In this document: in pieces, positions 1 through 14,436 of the stretch
Layout of the letters: each line of letters begins with the position of its first letter
How positions within the stretch are numbered: position 1 is the first letter of the stretch
NCBI GenBank assembly: GCA_030704615.1
Contig: CM060731.1
Location: 19,654,001 to 19,718,000, forward strand
Source: Takakia lepidozioides
Taxonomy: Eukaryota > Plantae > Bryophyta
Reading direction: 5' to 3'
Length of the DNA: 64,000 nt
The notes under the pieces: generated by a model
What the model saw: the letters and a program-made list of their open reading frames with translations, nothing else
Databases searched by the model: none
Told to the model about the DNA's origin: nothing
Position numbers and translations under genes: made by a program

Positions 1-1800
1 TAACAAGTTGTACAAAACTATCATTGTTCATATTATTGTACATTGACAATGCATCATTTTCCTCACGAGAGTAAGTTGTATTAACAATCCGGCCTTGAGT
101 TGGAAAATTATCGGAAAAACTGAATGGTTGCTCAAATTTGACAGCAAACCTTAAATCCATGCCAATAGAAATTTGAAAGGCTCAAGTTCTAGCACATTTG
201 ATAACCATTCCACGTGATGAAATATCAAGTGTAGATGCTGCTATGCATTTTAGAGATATTTCCTAGATGGATAGTCATCTAGATAATTTCATGACGTTGG
301 ACCTCAACAGTACAACAATTGTGGATGGAGTCATAATCACGGAGGATTAGAAGAATCATTTTATATAGATAACAAGTGAGATCAATTATTCGATTTGCAT
401 CGTAACAAATTGTCAAGTTTGATTCAGTGCAACTTGGAAATATATAGTGGAGGCGAGCTTAAAACAATATTATGATGATCATTTTGTAAACATAATGCAT
501 ACAAAGAATCAATGAGAAGGAGAGTTATGTATAAGTATTAAGAAGAAATAAAGAAAATGTTGGATGAAGTAGGTAATTTGACCTTCAGTCTTTCCTTGAT
601 TTAGTCTCATTGTATGCAACTTATGGTTTTATGAAGCAATTATAAGAGGCCAGCAGGAAGCAGTTTGTCCTTAAGAAGCCTAAAAAAAGCAGACATATTT
701 GCAAATGTTCCGATTTATAATAGTCAATAGCATTAGGAATACTTTTGTCTTCAATGATCTGAAATATGGAAACCAAAAGATGGAAACAATAAGATGGATA
801 AGTGGTTTGAAGTGGCATTGGCTTAGAGCAGTAAATCAAAACCTGAGAAGTACGCTCACTCTAGTATCACTGCAACCATGCCTAGCTTACAGATTCAATA
901 TCATGAAACATCGTTGCCAATGTTTCAATTTCACTTCCATTGTAAAGATTCGTTCTTGCTAGCCTTTCAATTGCAGATTCTTCTTTTCCTAGAAGTTCAC
1001 CCTCTTGATCCATGCATACCAAGGAAATCATCAATTAGACCAGCGAAGTCATCTTGGTCTTCAATACCCTCCCCATCAAGAATCTCAATATCCACCTCCT
1101 CATGTATATCCTCTTGTTCAAAGCTGGATTGTACACTGTACATGGTCGTTTCCAACATTTGATGGGATATTGTCGCCGTTGTCAAGCCATCTTCAACTGA
1201 ATTCACCACCTGAAGACAGTACCATGTGTGCTAAGTTTTCGAACCAGTAACCCCTTAAAGCTGTGAACTCCACATGCCTTGTCGTATTGAATACGAAAGA
1301 AACAACATCCAACATTTGATCAAGTCGCAATTTGAGGATAAATTGATTGCCAACCCATTTAGACGCAAAGCATAACATCTTGCGTTTAAAGCGCCTAAGA
1401 GATGTTTTTTTAGGACTAGAAGGGCATGGACAATGAGACTACATTGATGAAGTGTGATTGAGATGCAGATGCTCATAAACAGTCAATGTATTGAAATCCA
1501 AAGTTGCTGAGACTAAACACATACGATGGATTCCAGTTGCAAATGGAAGCATTAGCGATGTCCATCATAAACATCCACATGTGGTATTTTGAGCATGTCA
1601 AAGACTAGGAAAAAAACTACTGTGGTTTAAGAAAAAGATATATTTTTGTACAAGTTGATGACATCCACTTACACATAGCATCCATATTTGGTAAATATCC
1701 ATTAATTGAGATAAAACATGATGTATGTCAGGAAGAACGAATGACATCAAGGTGTTGGCCTTGAGAAGATGTTTACATGACTCTACTTGAGATTAAAAAG
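1..1800 (-). pseudogene. Degenerate Crinkler (CRN)/RHS-like protein fragment
   Basis: Joining minus frames across frameshifts and stops gives WNPSYVF...SLIVHA...KMLCFASKWVG...LRGYWFENLAHMVLSSGGEFS*RWL. This follows the order of CRN C-terminal motifs (GGIPRYV, SHxLxH, FASxYV, GxxFExxAHxxLxxGGxFxxRxL). Boundaries are approximate. Confidence 0.4.
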
Positions 1801-4800
1801 GAATTAACGTGTTTAGCATGTATAAACGCATCAGACACATACATTTTCAGTTTTCGTATTTTAAAATGAGAGTGTTTAATGGAAGATTATGTCAGATTTT
1901 GTGAGCTGAATGCGATGATGACAATGCAAAATAAAGCATGTCCAGTGACACCGGAGTGACGAATCGTAGGGCATAACCAAGTAATAATGATCTATTTGTT
2001 CGAGCTCATATTCATTATCAATTTCATCTCCATGTCGTAGTTGCAATAAACCACTTCCTGTAGCTTTCTCATCTAAGATGACTTCCACCTCGTACCTCAT
2101 TTATATCCGTATGTGACTGCACTCCAACTTGGTGAATTTTTTTTCATTGCAGTTTTAATTAATCTAGACCAAACTTACCAATATAGACATTAAGATTCAA
2201 AGGTCGTTAACATTTTGGCGCTCTAAATCCACTGCTGATGTTGCTATGAGTTATAAGAGCTTTACCCATCACACAACTAACTATCCCAGCAAAATAAAAA
2301 AAAATTCTACATTTCTAATCGAATGCTTCTATGTGGCCAACATTGCGCTCCTATCTAATTGTCATTTGGAATGACCAATAGTAAACTACATATAGTACTT
2401 ACAAAGCGTGAGATGTATGAAAAGGAATCACAAGCATGTCTAGACCCATATTTGAGTAGTTTTCTCAATTGCATTCAATAAAACGTGTGAACCCCGACCA
2501 CTAAAAAATAATAAATGACGATTTTGAGGACTTACTCCTCTAAACACAAATTGCTTGAAATTTTATAACCAATGAGAATATAAATTATTTCTCACCTGAT
2601 CAAAAAAAAAAAAATTCTCTCGAACTTGGATATTGGATATCTAATCATTTTCCTATCGTAAATCTATCGTCCAAACCATGCGGATGCACGCCAAAATGAG
2701 TCAACGTTTTCGTCTCGATCTTCGCCAATTGCTTAGATCAATCATCGATTGGTGGCATGTGAGACCCAATTTAGTCAATCTCCCTTTGTTTGGATCTGGT
2801 GCAATATGCCAACACTTAACACATTTCATCTAAGGTTTTTTAAACACACTATCAACTATAAATACGTTCAGTTTGTGGATGTACCCGTCTAAATGGGTAT
2901 GAATAGGGGTCGCCAGGCGTACTCTTGCTGGACAGCACAAGCAGCCCACAATGTCGTGCCACGTGACGACATGCTGCACAGCCAGGTAACAAGCCCAGAA
3001 TCAGCGCTTAGTCCATCTTTCTTACCCTCTCGGCAAACACATTTCTTCATACGTGAATGAATGACAATCATGGTTTCATCCTTGTTCGCCCAGTAACAAC
3101 AATCATTCTGTGGTCACTGTGGACGACATTCATCCATGTCTGCACGTTAGACTCCTGCCACAGTGCTCACCACGTGTATCAGAGTTGGATGTGGTAAGCA
3201 GGCTCAGGGGCATTTTGACCTGTGATGCAAGATCCGTTAAGACTTGGAACTAAGATTTGCTTAGTCTGCGGCGTTCCAAAATCACAATTTTGTCTTCATC
3301 CCAATACAAAAATACTTGTATTGCCAAAAACATTCCCTACAAGCAAGTACAAGAACATGTACTCATACAATAAAAAATCATGCCATTCCGGATTGTGTGT
3401 CCGTTGGTTCCATTCGACCGTCAGACGAATAATGTTGGGTCCCTATTATTATAACCCCACTGAGTGGCCCCACCAGGATCCACCCAAACTGGAAGCCACA
3501 ATTTTCTTAGACGAGAGTACGGGTGACGTACGGCAGTCTAATTGTATATACTTAGTATCGGGTCTTGAGCCGAGTTGAGGAATCTGTTATACGGTGAGCA
3601 CGTCAAATATGGTAAAAGTAGATGCCAAACACCGTATGATACAATGGATCCATGTTAGCATGTGGACTAGTGACTCATTTGCAATCTAATTTGTTTCGTG
3701 CTTTCTACTTATTGACCATGTCACACAAAAATTATTGGTTTAATCTTCAACAATGAAATTTTAGTCTCTTGGTTTAGCAATGCCCGAGAAAGCCCAACCC
3801 TATAAGGCTATATTTACCTATTGATTAAGAAAGAACGTCAAAAGGTGAAGTGATATAAGAGAAGAACACCAAATCCAACCATATTGTTATGTGTTGTTTG
3901 AGAAAGAATATAAATGGGTGCAACATTATGAATAAGATTATTAAAAGAGGCCATATGCAAGAACAACAAATTTCAAGAATTGTAAATTTACAATCCCCAA
4001 TATTATAGTTACTAGTCATTATTTATTTTCCGTTCATTTGCAATCAACACTTGCAATGCCGAGTTGACATTCAAAACATGATGCGAGTGCTAAACCACGA
4101 TGTAAAGTAAGAATACTAGACACATTTTTTGGGGCTCTTCTCACATGTACAACATTTAGAGCACTTCTACAGCAACCAACAATTACAACTAACCAAGTAA
4201 AGAAAGAATGAGGAAAGAAGATTGACGAAAGAGACAACATTGAAGCAAAAGACAAATCTAGCTACGTACATAATAAAACCAAAAAATCCGGCGGCAAAGA
4301 GGATTACTGTCAGGCTGACACGAATATTCGAACCCTCCCTTGAGGTCCCGTAATATTGCCGGACGACAATGCACTTGGATACATAGGGGATCACACTTGG
4401 ACTTAGATGACACTGGACACTTGGGCCAAGTTGAATATGGTAGAACTAAAGGAGTATCATTAAGGAAGGTAGTTTATTTGTTTGTTTTGTTTTGTAGCGT
4501 TGAGATCTCCCAAACCGCGGGGCCAGCCTTGGTGCTTGGTACCGATGGAACGCCCTTGATGAGGAGGGGTGCACACTGCACACCAACAACTCACTTCCAG
4601 CTTCACTTCAAGAAGCCAAGAAAACATTGACTAAGGTTGGACTATCGATGCAATTTATCCGCGCATGCAAAAATAAGTGCATTTTATTCAAAAGACGAAT
4701 TCAAGGCATTGACATTTTGTCCAGTATATGACCATTGGCCCGCTACTGCCAAGATCTATTTGGAAAAATAACTCCTCCATTTTGGACCTGCGATGTGGGA

Positions 4801-7800
4801 GATATGGAATTTCAAATGTTTTTGGTCGCCGGAAATATAGGGGATTGCACTTGGACTTAAATGACACTAGACACTTGGGCCAACGGCACATGCTACCCTA
4901 GTAAATCTGAAAGGAACTGAATATATATAGTGAAATTATAGCACTCACCAAGTTATGAACAATAGGGGAATGTATGTTAACACCTATCTATCAAGATTAT
5001 ACCTTCCTCAATAAATAGCCATTTTCAATATACTCTAGATTAACTGGACAAGGTACATCAGGAGAAAACAATGGATGCGTGGTCTCTCCTTAGGGAGAAG
5101 CCAATAAAGGAACCCAAAAACAATTGCCTTGCATACACCACCGGGCTACTACTATGGGCCGCCGAAATAACCCTTCAACATAAATACTTCATTTTACCAC
5201 ACCCTTCACCCAAGGACAAACATAAGATACACCTCAAAAATTTCAAACTTTCAACCCCCACGACCACTTGATTGCATGGCTGCCGTCTTTCAGTGGACCT
5301 GCCGCCATTTGTCACTCTTTTTGCTAATGAAGAGGTCCACGCCTTCAGTTCTTACTGATGAATGAAATCTTTCTGTAAAGGTGGGAAAAGAATGGCACAT
5401 CTACTAAAGTCTAATACTGATTTTCAAAGGCCTTTTCAAAGTACATCATAAGAAAATATAGTCGTATGAAAGGGAAGAGCTTTGGGTGGTTGGAATTTGA
5501 GATAGAGATGATAAAGCCTATCCACAACATTGACGATATCCACATGTGGGTTTGGTCTGAGAGGGCCCTATTTTATCTTCAATCTCTACTCCACCTTTTG
5601 TGTTGCTCCCTAAGCCCTAAAGTCGGGCCAAGCGACACATTGTGGTCGCTGCTTTGTTTATGTTTTTCAAATGAAACCTGGGAGCGATGGCACCTCTACG
5701 GAAATTTGTTGGCTCTCAACATGTTCAAGTCAATGGAGAAAATGTGGTCAAAGGACCTTACACCGTGGTCAAGGCTCGGATGGGTTTGTTATGCTGAGTC
5801 ATGCTCCTTACTCTCACCACCTTCCTATTATGTTTTGCCAAAGCAAGAGAGCCCATCGCTATTTTAGGCTTGTTCAGATGGCAGCTCCAGGGCAGTTTAT
5901 TTCTTAGAAGGCCCCCACCGGTTCACACGGCGGCATCGGCATCAGCTCCCACCTCACACGCCATCACCCTTTTAGAGTGTGGTTGCTGGGCAGAGCTCCT
6001 TTGAAATATTCTAAAGCACTTTTGATAAAACTTCCTGACATCATATCGCTTTTGGTCACGGGGTGGTATCCCCAGTATATATAAGCCTTCACGGCCTCAA
6101 TGGTGGTTATATTTTCCACCGTCTGCAATATATTCAGGGCTCCGTTCCCTTTCTCTAAATATAGATATATATATCGCTGTTGCAAATTACTATATTCCAT
6201 GAATTTGTTTTATCTTTTCTTTGGTTTTTTTTTTTTTTTCCATGGATTGAGCATTGCAAGTGAAATCTGAGGCTGCCCATCTGTTGACTCGCATTACTAG
6301 AGTGAAAAGCAACTCCAAATATTCTGAAAATTTGAGGTATTGAGTCAGAGAACGAGAATTTTTATCCCCAAAAATTTCTTTTTTGGATCACCATTGTAAT
6401 CTCTCAACTTTGGGCGGATTGTTTCTAGCGTTTTGTGAGGGTGGCGAGTCACCAACTTTCGGGTCAGTTTCTGATTTTCGGAAAGTTATTTGACCTTTTC
6501 TGTGGCTGAAGATGCTGATTTGCGAAAAAGGGGTCGGGTTCCAGAGTCCATGCCCATGGATGGCCAACTATGTTCCCTTCACGCGCTTTTACGCTACGCA
6601 GGCGGTGCGGCGGATGAATGTACACCGCAGGCGGTACCGGTATTTGCGATAACGGGATAAGCATCGCCGGCGATCACTTTATGAGGTATCAAACGCAAGG
6701 CAAATGATTCCTACAAAAGACAAAGCGTGCAGGCAGCAGGTAAGTAAGAGTCAATTTGTGAACACCTGATTGGGGTAATTAGTACAGAATCTCACTCCTA
6801 CCAAAACGCCACCAGGCAGGCAGACAAGGAATTGAACACTCGTCTGTAAGTTTGATGTTGGGGCTCTTTATTCTTATTTTCCTTTGTAAGTAGGGTCCTT
6901 CAATCTGCAGGACTCTTACTTCCCTCTTACTTCCCTTCCGAAATCGGCAATAAAGTTCTCTTTCATTCGTCTCTTACCAAATTAAAATGTCTGTAAGTTG
7001 CGATGATACATTTTTCTTACTTCTTTAGCCTGTTTTTGATTTAAAAATGGAAAAAAGGAAAAACAAAGAAAAACAATGGGAGTGATGTGTGAAGAATTAT
7101 GACTTAAAGGGCCTCTGTCCCCTTTCCTTTTAAAAAAAAAAATTATGTGCAGAAGTTCCATAACTTAGAAGGGGACACACCTAATATCATACACATTCGC
7201 CCATTTTTTACCTGGTGTGAAACTGTCGCCTCTCCACACTGGGGACGCAGGTTACGCGGGGAATCTGATTCCTGCACGACGGTTCCACGGGGATCTGAAT
7301 CTCGCTTTTGCACTTTTCACTGTCTGGATCCAACGCACTTCCCTTGTTCCCATACGCGCTCCCGAGTCCCGACGGAGAGAGCGGCGTTGCTAATGATTGG
7401 ATGGATGCCAACTCGACCGATCCTCGTGGCTATTGTTCGTCCATCCACGAACATTCATCCGGCGCTGTACTGGCGCGGTGGTGATGAAGGTAGGCAGGTG
7501 GGAAGGCGATCGTAAAGCGGCTTTAGGCAACGGAAGCGGCTCGCAAGCGACTTGCGCGGCTGTACGCGCCCTGCGAGCGTCAGACGCCAGCAATCCAACG
7601 CCTCCCCGTTGTCAGTCCTCTGTACCTTCGCATTCATCTCCGTTCATCCAACTCTGCGACGGAGGGCGCGGATGGATGGAAAGCTCCTGGCGAGCTCAAA
7701 GGGAACTTGGGAGGGAATGGTGCGTGAATGGTAACATTCCACGGAGGGAGTGCGATTGCGAGGGCGAAATGCGAGACGGCGTGGGTCGTTGCAACGACCG

Positions 7801-8209
7801 CGCGGCGTGGAGCGGAAAACACAGAGAAGGCGAATGAATGATGGTGAACGCGAGGCAGCCTCGTGTTTGCTGTTTGCGGCGTGCGGCTGTCGCTCAATGG
7901 AAGGCGGACACCTCCACATTCCCGCGCAGGGGAGGCAGCACCTGGGGGAGCTTGGGCAGTGGGGCTTGGGTAAGTCCGCGCCGCGCGGGCCGCTGAGTAA
8001 AGTTACCTTTGACTGCGGTGACAGAAAATTTACTGTGTAATTCGGGGACTTGTTTTAAAGGGCCGCGCTCGCCTAGCCATTTTCTCCATCTTCGGCTGCC
8101 TGTGTTTCTTCTTCTTCTTCTTCTTCGTCGTCGTCTCCACTCCGCGCCGTTGAGTTGGTTTTGATTGGCGCTTTTCTCTCGAAGCCGATTTGTGGTGCGC
8201 TGACGGAAG

Positions 8210-11200
8210 ATGAGTTCCAACGGGATGTCGAATGGGGGTGGGAAGGGAAGGGCCAACGGGAGCGCGGTGGACATGTTTTCCTTCCAAACTTCAAATGGCG
8301 CTGCCAGCCTCGTTCCAGATGGGTTGACGAAAATCAACACGAAGAAGGTGATGTCGAGCGAGGTGTGTAGCGATGACACCACGCCCCCGATCACCGCGCA
8401 GAATATCGATGAGCTACACGCTCTGCAGAAGAAGAGGTCCGCACCGTCGACGCCAAAAAATGCCACGCCCAAGGCGTACATGAGCGAAGAGGACAGGCAA
8501 AGGCAACAGATGCAATCTATCAGGTAAAATCGCCACAATTGATGGTGGGTTTGTTTTCCATATTATTTGTTGCGCGAGGACGATCATGCATGATTGTTTT
8601 GTTATTGATTTCTATCCGGCCTGACGGTTGTACATGTGTGTCCGGATTGCAGTTCGTCGCTGGCATCCCTGACTCGAGATGCCGGACCTCAAGTGATAAA
8701 GGGCGATCCTGCCAGGAAGTCGACTCCCCAGAAGTCGCTGGTTGCTCCCAGGCTTACCATGAGCGACAGCGCTCTCAAGTTCACGCATGTTCTTTACAAT
8801 TTGTGGCCTGGAGGTGCACACCTGGCCCTTGGTGTTTTCTTCCACTGCATGTTTCGGAATCTGGTATAGAAGTGCTTGCAATTCAAATATGCTCGTTTTG
8901 GTTATTCTTAGCAGCCAACGACCCCACCCGCAAAGGAAAGGAAATGGAATCATGTTTGACGATGGGAGAGAGAGCTACACTCGGGAGAGTCATGGGCTGT
9001 TTTGACAATTCAATTTTTTTGCTGCAGAGTTGTATGAGCAGGCTATCAAGTTTGAGAAGGGGTCACATATCACGTCATCTGGGGCTCTTGCTACCCTCTC
9101 TGGCGCTAAAACTGGCCGATCTCCTAAAGACAAACGTGTGGTCAAGGAAGAGACTTCCAAGAATGATTTGTGGTGGGGAAAGTGAGTGCAAGATCGACAC
9201 GAATCATTTACAATCTGAGTCGCTATAGGAGTTCTAAACCACCGACATGTTCTCTGCAACTGCAAAGAGTTGCAGAAGTTGATCTCAAATGTAACATTCT
9301 GGTTGATACTTGAATGTATTTTTTCAAAGGTCTGTATCTGTTTTGGTGTTGCCAGAGGATCGCCCAATATTGAGATGGATGAGGAGACTTTCCTGGTGAA
9401 TCGGGAAAGAGCAGTGGACTACCTGAACTCTCTGGAGAAGGTAAGGACTACAGCGTGTTGTGGCAATGTTTCTCCTTTAATTTTGCATGTGCAGAGGTTT
9501 GGGGACGGAAAGTGTTAACGAAGATCAGGACTAACATAAAAAATCCAAGGAGTTTTTGATGTTAGTCCTGATCTTCGTAAACAGTAGAATGGGGTTTTTT
9601 TTTGGGAAGGTTGCCGGTAGCTTTCAGTTGCAGGCATATGATCATTATGCAGTATCTGTCCACTCAGTTGGCCTGTCGAATTGTCATGGTAAATATGTGC
9701 AGGTGTTCGTGAATGATCAGTTTTTGAACTGGGATCCAGAGCATCGCCTAAAAGTTCGGATCATATCCGCACGCGCATATCATTCGCTGTTTATGCACAA
9801 CATGTGAGTGAATTGTAAATCTGAACCCCCTACCCTTAATCATCTGCTTCAGGCAATGTCCGGTATGAACCGCTAAACGCTGAACTCAGTATTTCTACTT
9901 GATCTGGTCACGTTCATGTGCGCTGTTTACGAAAGAGTGCAAAGATCACTGGCACTTCCCAAGAGGTAGAGCCTTGCGGGTGAAAGGCATGAAGAAAGGT
10001 TCTCACCTTGGTGGCCCAATCATGGAGGCTCTTGGCTCAAGATAGCCTCAAAAAAAGAGGGAGTACATGTGGTCTTGTATGTATCTGTGTTGGCATGGTC
10101 GGTGTCCTTAAGGATATGGTTGGCAGGTGTATCCGCCCTACACCTGAAGAGCTGGAGGACTTTGGGACTCCGGACTTCACAATTTACAATGCCGGTCAAT
10201 TCCCCTGCAATCGATACACTCACTACATGACCTCCTCAACTAGCATAGATCTGAATCTGAAACGCAAAGAGATGGTGATTCTCGGGACGCAGTATGCTGG
10301 AGAGATGAAGAAGGGTCTTTTCAGCGTCATGCACTATCTGATGCCAAAGAAAGGAATCCTCTCGTTGCATTCAGGCTGCAACATGGGAAAGGCCGGGGAT
10401 GTGGCATTGTTTTTTGGATTATCAGGTATCGTTGGTAAACGAACGAGAAGCTTCAGTGCTTTAATGGCTAAAATAGTCCCTATTTAAACATGAGAGTGAG
10501 AATTTGGTCTCATTTATGCCTGGTGTGGCTTTGCTTGCGTGTGGTGTGGCAGGGACTGGTAAGACGACTCTTTCCACAGATGAGAACCGGTACCTGATTG
10601 GTGATGATGAGCATTGCTGGACGAATAATGGTGTCTCCAACATTGAGGGGGGTTGCTATGCCAAGTGCATTGACCTCACCAAAGAGAGAGAGCCTGAGAT
10701 CTGGAATGCAATTAAGTTTGGTACAGGTAGGTGCCTTTGTTGGTGCAGCTGGATGTAGAGTTTTGACATTTGATAATGGTTGACACTCTTGAATTAGTCA
10801 CTCGCTTAACATTTGCTCGGATGTGGTTACCTCCTAAGGTTCAACTTTTGCTGACAGTTCACTTAGAAGTTTTAATGAAATGGGTACACACCAAAATGGA
10901 AGAAAAGTCCAAATTTTTACGGTTAGCTGTCTTTCAGTAGTTGCCTTCTCTCAAGTACAATGGGCTCCTTCATTTCTGACCCTGTTACTTTCATATGCAG
11001 TGTTGGAGAATGTTGTCTTTGATGAACTTACAAGGGAGGTGGATTACCTTGACAAATCTGTCACAGGTATTGTCCCAAGAATAGCCTGTTTGCATGCTTT
11101 TTGCTTTTCAGTTGGATCCGATATTTCAGAGGGATATGAGGTTGCTGGTGAAATTAGATCTATGTTTTGGAATCCTTACAGGTTGAATAACTCCGGCATG

Positions 11201-12476
11201 TAATCCGTGTAAGGTTCTGTGGTACAATCTAAAAGCCATTTTTTTTTTTCCTGTTCCTGTCTGCGTTGTATGAACAGAAAATACACGGGCAGCATATCCC
11301 ATTGATTTCATACCGAATGCCAAAATTCCGTGTGTTGGGCCACATCCAAAGAATGTTATCCTGCTTGCCTGCGATGCCTTTGGTGTGTTACCTCCAGTGA
11401 GCAAACTGACTCTGGCACAGACCATGTATCACTTCATCAGTGGCTACACTGCCCTGGTTAGTCTATCTATATAGCCTCCATTTTCGTACTCGTGCTTTCT
11501 TTGCTGTGTCTTGGAGATGAAGGAAAAGAAACTGCAGCTTGAACACTTGCTTGTTCTTCTGGCTATGCTGATCCTCAAGTTCTCATTTTTGTAAGGATTT
11601 TGGCAGATGGCGGGAACTGTAGATGGTGTTAAGGAAGCATCAGCCACATTTTCAGCATGCTTTGGAGCAGCTTTCATTATGCTGCACCCAACCAAGTATG
11701 CAGCCATGTTGGCTGAGAAAATGAAGAAGCATGGCGCCACTGCATGGCTTGTCAACACTGGTTGGTCCGGTGGCAGGTACGTGACTGGGTGTACACTCTC
11801 TATTGTGCCAGCCACGAACATGAATTTGTCTTCCCCTATGATGTACATAACACTTCAATCTTCCAGCATGAACCAGAGTCTAGCTACGACGTTTTGTAAG
11901 CATTCATTCACATATTTTGAACTCATGGCACAATAATAGAGACTAAACTGTTTATTCTTAAATTGCAGCTATGGTGTTGGGAAAAGGATGAAGCTTGCTT
12001 ATACTCGCAAGATCATTGATGCAATTCACGATGGGTCTCTACTGGAAAGTCAGTATGAGGCCACTCCCATCTTCAACCTGCATGTCCCAACATGTGTCAA
12101 TGGAGTCCCCTCTGAAGTGCTTCATCCTGAAAATATGGTATGTGGTTAGAATCTCAACACAGTATTGTCAATTGTATATTCTTTTACATCTTTGCATCCC
12201 TTTCAAAGGAGATTTGTATCTTTGCTTGAAGAGTATCTTTGAGGTATTACCAGTGCTGTTACTTTAAGCTGCGGGTACATGATGGCTTGGACTAATGTAA
12301 GTAAATGCTTGTGGGTGCAGTGGTCAGACAAAGAGGCATATGATGTTACCCTCAAGAAGCTTGCAAGGCTTTTTCAGAAAAACTTTGAGACATACGCAGA
12401 CTATAAGGTTGAAAATGACAGTAACCTCACCCAGGAAATCCTTGCAGCTGGGCCCCAGCTGCCAAAGGAAGTGTAA
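8210..12476 (+). CDS. PCK: Phosphoenolpyruvate carboxykinase (ATP), 12 exons: 8210-8523, 8653-8813, 9028-9181, 9356-9440, 9703-9803, 10127-10425, 10553-10726, 11001-11066, 11278-11456, 11607-11776, 11969-12137, 12321-12476
   Basis: GT-AG introns join in frame. Motifs include [20 protein letters not shown]-loop [31 protein letters not shown] and FSACFGAAF, plus the plant N-terminal regulatory extension with KKRSAPSTP. Confidence 0.97.
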
Positions 12477-12644
12477 ATAGCGTTTAACTGCATTGGGATG
12501 GCTGAAAGGTTAAGTTCTACTAGTAGCATACGACGACCTAGATAGATTGGAAGTTAAATTGGAGTAGATTTGCCGTAAAAACCGATGATGATGAAACTTC
12601 TGTGGGGTAGGATTTTTGTAGGGTGCAATACTGTAGGTAAACTT

Positions 12645-13480
12645 CCCTGGGAAGTGGGGCTAAGTTTTTGGCCGAAGGTCTTCCAAGACTCTCTGCTGTT
12701 CACATTCTTTTGATCTCTCTCAAACTGACTGTCAAATATTCTTTTATTTGTTCGTTACAATGGCACACTGGTAATTTATTGTTTTGTACTCAAGATGATG
12801 TATCCTTGATGTTATTTGGGTTGGTGCTGTAAATCCAGCTTCCACTTCTCTGGTAATTGTGGCTAAGTTTTTAGCCGAGTCTTCTAAAAGTATCTGCTGT
12901 TATTCTTTCAATCTTCCTCGAAACTTTCTCTGCTGTTCACATTCTTTTGATCTCTCTCAAACTGACTGTCAAATATTCTTTTATTTGTTCGTTACAATGG
13001 CACACTGGTAATTTATTGTTTTGTACTCAAGATGATGTATCCTTGATGTTATTTGGGTTGGTGCTGTAAATCCAGCTTCCACTTCTCTGGTAATTGTGGC
13101 TAAGTTTTTAGCCGAGTCTTCTAAAAGTATCTGCTGTTATTCTTTCAATCTTCCTCGAAACTTTCTCTGCTGTTCACATTCTTTTGATCTCTCTCAAACT
13201 GACTGTCAAATATTCTTTTATTTGTTCGTTACAATGGAATACTGGTAATTTATTGTTTTGGACTCAGATGATGTATCCTTGATGTTATTTGGGTTGGTGC
13301 TATAAATCCAGCTTACACTTCTCGGGTAATTGTGGCTACATTTCTGGCTAAAAATCTTCTAAAAGTATTGCCGTTCACATTCATATCTTCCTAAAATGAA
13401 TGTCAAATATTCTTTATTTTTTTGTTGCAATGTAAAACTGGAATAAGTTGTTTTAAGACTATTTATCCTTCATATTATTT
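12645..13480. repeat. Tandem repeat of a 237-bp unit, about 3 near-identical copies with degenerate flanking copies, just downstream of the PEPCK stop
   Basis: CTCTGCTGTTCACATTCTTTTGATCTCTCTCAAAC recurs at 12691, 12928 and 13165 (period 237). Confidence 0.93.
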
Positions 13481-13729
13481 ACTTGTAAACGCTATGATCT
13501 AATTTCCATGCTTGATCCTATATGCAGTAAAACCTGTCTAGGATACTATACAGAGGGAAAATAATAGGAATAATGTAAGAACGTAATGGACGCGTGTGAC
13601 CTGACAATACTTTCGCTGGATTCTGGCAACCTGGGCTCCTCCAGCGGGGCTCCTGTCAAATCTTCCCCACCCCACATTACCTCGGTTTCACTATTAAATG
13701 CTTATGAATCCAAATGGGTTGCAAGCCAT

Positions 13730-13800
13730 GGTAGATAGCCTGATGGTAAGGTTGATAGCAATGTAGGCGGTAAGGTTGTGGGTTCAATTCTTGATGGGAG
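13730..13800 (+). other. tRNA-derived Pol III head (SINE remnant or tRNA pseudogene)
   Basis: A-box-like TAGCCTGATGGTAAGG and B-box-like GGTTCAATTC at tRNA-like spacing. No complete cloverleaf. Confidence 0.5.
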
Positions 13801-13811
13801 GCTGTGGCAGG

Positions 13812-14105
13812 TGTAACCCAGATCGATGTAACTGTAACCCCGATTTCTCATGTAACTCTGGTTGGTCCATTTTATACTTACTTAGTCAAATTTCAAGACC
13901 AAGTGGAGTTACACTCCATTCTGTGTAACCCCGAGTGGAGTTACACACCTCGTTGAGTAACCCGATGTAACCCCAAGTGGAGTTACACACCTCGTTGAGT
14001 AACCCGATGTAACCCCAAGTGGAGTCACACGGCTTCGTCGTGTAACCCGATGTGTAACCCCAAGTGGAGTTACACGGCCCGATGTAACCCCGACTGGAGT
14101 TGAAA
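13812..14105. repeat. Minisatellite of about 42-bp units with palindromic core TGTAACCCCRAGTGGAGTTACAC
   Basis: Core occurs about 5 times between 13924 and 14101, with degenerate copies from 13812. TGTAAC/GTTACA are inverted ends. Confidence 0.85.
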
Positions 14106-14436
14106 CTCCTTCAGTTCCATGTCACTCTCAAGAGAGGGTGGGGAAGATTTGACATGCCAAAAACCGGCGTACCATCCTGTCAGAGGTTGCACGCATAAGT
14201 TCTTACATATTCCTATTATCTTCCTATATAGAGGGAGTAGCAATAGGAATTCCAACAGCCATGCACTTTGTCTGTATGCCTAATAATGAAATATGTGCCG
14301 AGTGTTGAGTGGGACTGTAAGTTATGGAATGGGTGAAGGATTTGTGCAACTTTACACCTTTGTGGCACTCGACAGGAACCCATTTCATATTTATCCATGC
14401 TATGTCAAGCCAACTGTAGCCTTGCAGAAAAGTTAA

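Noticed and set aside
7147-8538. Numerous overlapping ORFs upstream of and antisense to PEPCK
   Set aside because: This is GC-rich promoter/5' UTR sequence with a CTT microsatellite and antisense shadows. No recognisable domains.
13812-14105. Palindromic short repeats resembling a CRISPR array
   Set aside because: The intervening sequences are identical or related rather than unique spacers, there are no cas genes, and the context is eukaryotic. It is a minisatellite.
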